From Sphingorhabdus sp. (GTDB taxonomy: Bacteria > Pseudomonadota > Alphaproteobacteria > Sphingomonadales > Sphingomonadaceae), in the NCBI RefSeq assembly GCF_046292425.1, contig NZ_JBKBQV010000001.1, positions 52,175 to 116,174 on the forward strand: a stretch of 64,000 bases of DNA, given 5' to 3'. Below, piece by piece: positions 63,310-64,000 of the stretch. A model generated the notes under the pieces. It did no database searches and was not told the origin of the DNA. It saw only the letters and a list, made by a program, of their open reading frames with translations. Made by a program: the position numbers and the translations under genes. The first letter of the stretch is position 1. Each line of letters starts with the position of its first letter.

Positions 63310-64000
63310 GATGCGTCTTGCCTTCATGGGAACACCCGAATTTGCCGTGCCAACGCTCGATGCGCTGATTGCAGCCGGGCATGAGGTGGTCGCAGTTTAC
63401 ACGCAGCCACCCCGCCCCGCCAATCGCGGCAAGAAACTCACACCATCGGCTGTGCAGCAACGCGCCGATGAAATTGGTCTGCCTGTGCGATCTCCTCTGT
63501 CACTCCGTCAAGAGGACGCACAGGCCGATTTCGCTGCGCTGAACCTCGATGCAGCCATCGTTGCCGCTTATGGTCTCATACTGCCCCCGGCGGTCTTGCA
63601 GGCACCAAAGCATGGTTGTCTCAATGTCCATGGATCATTGTTGCCACGTTGGCGCGGCGCAGCTCCAGTGCAGCGCGCCATCTTGGCGGGCGATGCTACC
63701 ACTGGCGTGATGGTGATGCAGATGGAGGCTGGGCTCGATACCGGTCCTATCCGCGCTACGACTGAAATTGAGATCGCGCATAAAACAACCGGCATGCTCA
63801 CCATGGAACTGGCAGAGCTCGGCGCGGAACTGATGGCCAGAGTACTGGCCGATTTGGATGCGTTTCCCTGCGTGATTCAGCCGGACGCGGGCGTGACGTA
63901 TGCTGCAAAAATCGACAAGGCAGAAACGAAGTTGGATTTTACGCAACCTGCCGAAGCCGTCGAACGCCAAATCCGCGCTTTCAACCCAGCACCCGGCGCA
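63310..64000 (+). CDS. fmt: Methionyl-tRNA formyltransferase, N-terminal 230 codons (runs off the window)
   Basis: Not in the track because it is open-ended. My translation from the ATG at 63310 is [42 protein letters not shown]...[20 protein letters not shown]..., with no stops to the window end. Confidence 0.9.

Noticed and set aside
1-64000. Whether the window holds CRISPR arrays, IS elements or transposases, integrases, rRNA genes, or recognisable multi-gene defence systems (RM, CBASS, TA pairs).
   Set aside because: I saw no spaced direct repeats, no transposase- or integrase-like ORFs apart from the housekeeping XerC and XerD, and no rRNA-like sequence. The patatin-like gene lacks CBASS partners.

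Overview
The window looks like core chromosome of an alphaproteobacterium. By-eye protein resemblance suggests Sphingomonadales, but no database was used. It is densely coding: about 68 CDS and 2 tRNAs, with no rRNA, CRISPR array, transposase or integrase. Housekeeping blocks are potD-like/permease, cfa, mscL, lemA with two TPM genes, hrpB, ispB, a PepSY plus two-component module, an ABC-F ATPase, yajC-secD-secF, grxC/comF, accA-xerD, aroK-aroB, radA-cvpA, dnaK-dnaJ, hrcA-grpE, rph-rdgB-hemW, xerC, gshB-yraN-rsmI, and def/recR/fmt. The most interesting signal is a phage or GTA-type lysis cassette (GH108 muramidase plus 3-TM holin) lying directly 3' of tRNA-Pro, with no other phage genes nearby. 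Its promoter region shares exact 13-nt and 11-nt words with the divergent control region, about 5 kb away, of a CI/LexA-like regulator and a small DUF6456-like gene. The regulator's S24 catalytic dyad appears substituted. I read this as a candidate dispersed regulatory circuit for a domesticated lysis module, which is a hypothesis and not shown. Other notable points: three Flp pilin genes with no tad machinery in the window, two of them kept nearly identical in protein despite 22 synonymous codon differences. An in-frame TAG splits a secreted-protein gene. An alphaproteobacterial LexA-type box (GAAC-N7-GAAC) lies between radA and a large patatin-like lipase gene. Sigma-32-type promoters precede dnaK and grpE. 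Two CPA2 (Kef-like) paralogs each overlap the stop codon of an upstream small gene. Many track ORFs are antisense shadows or carry N-terminal over-extensions, and I trimmed starts where a better start was visible.
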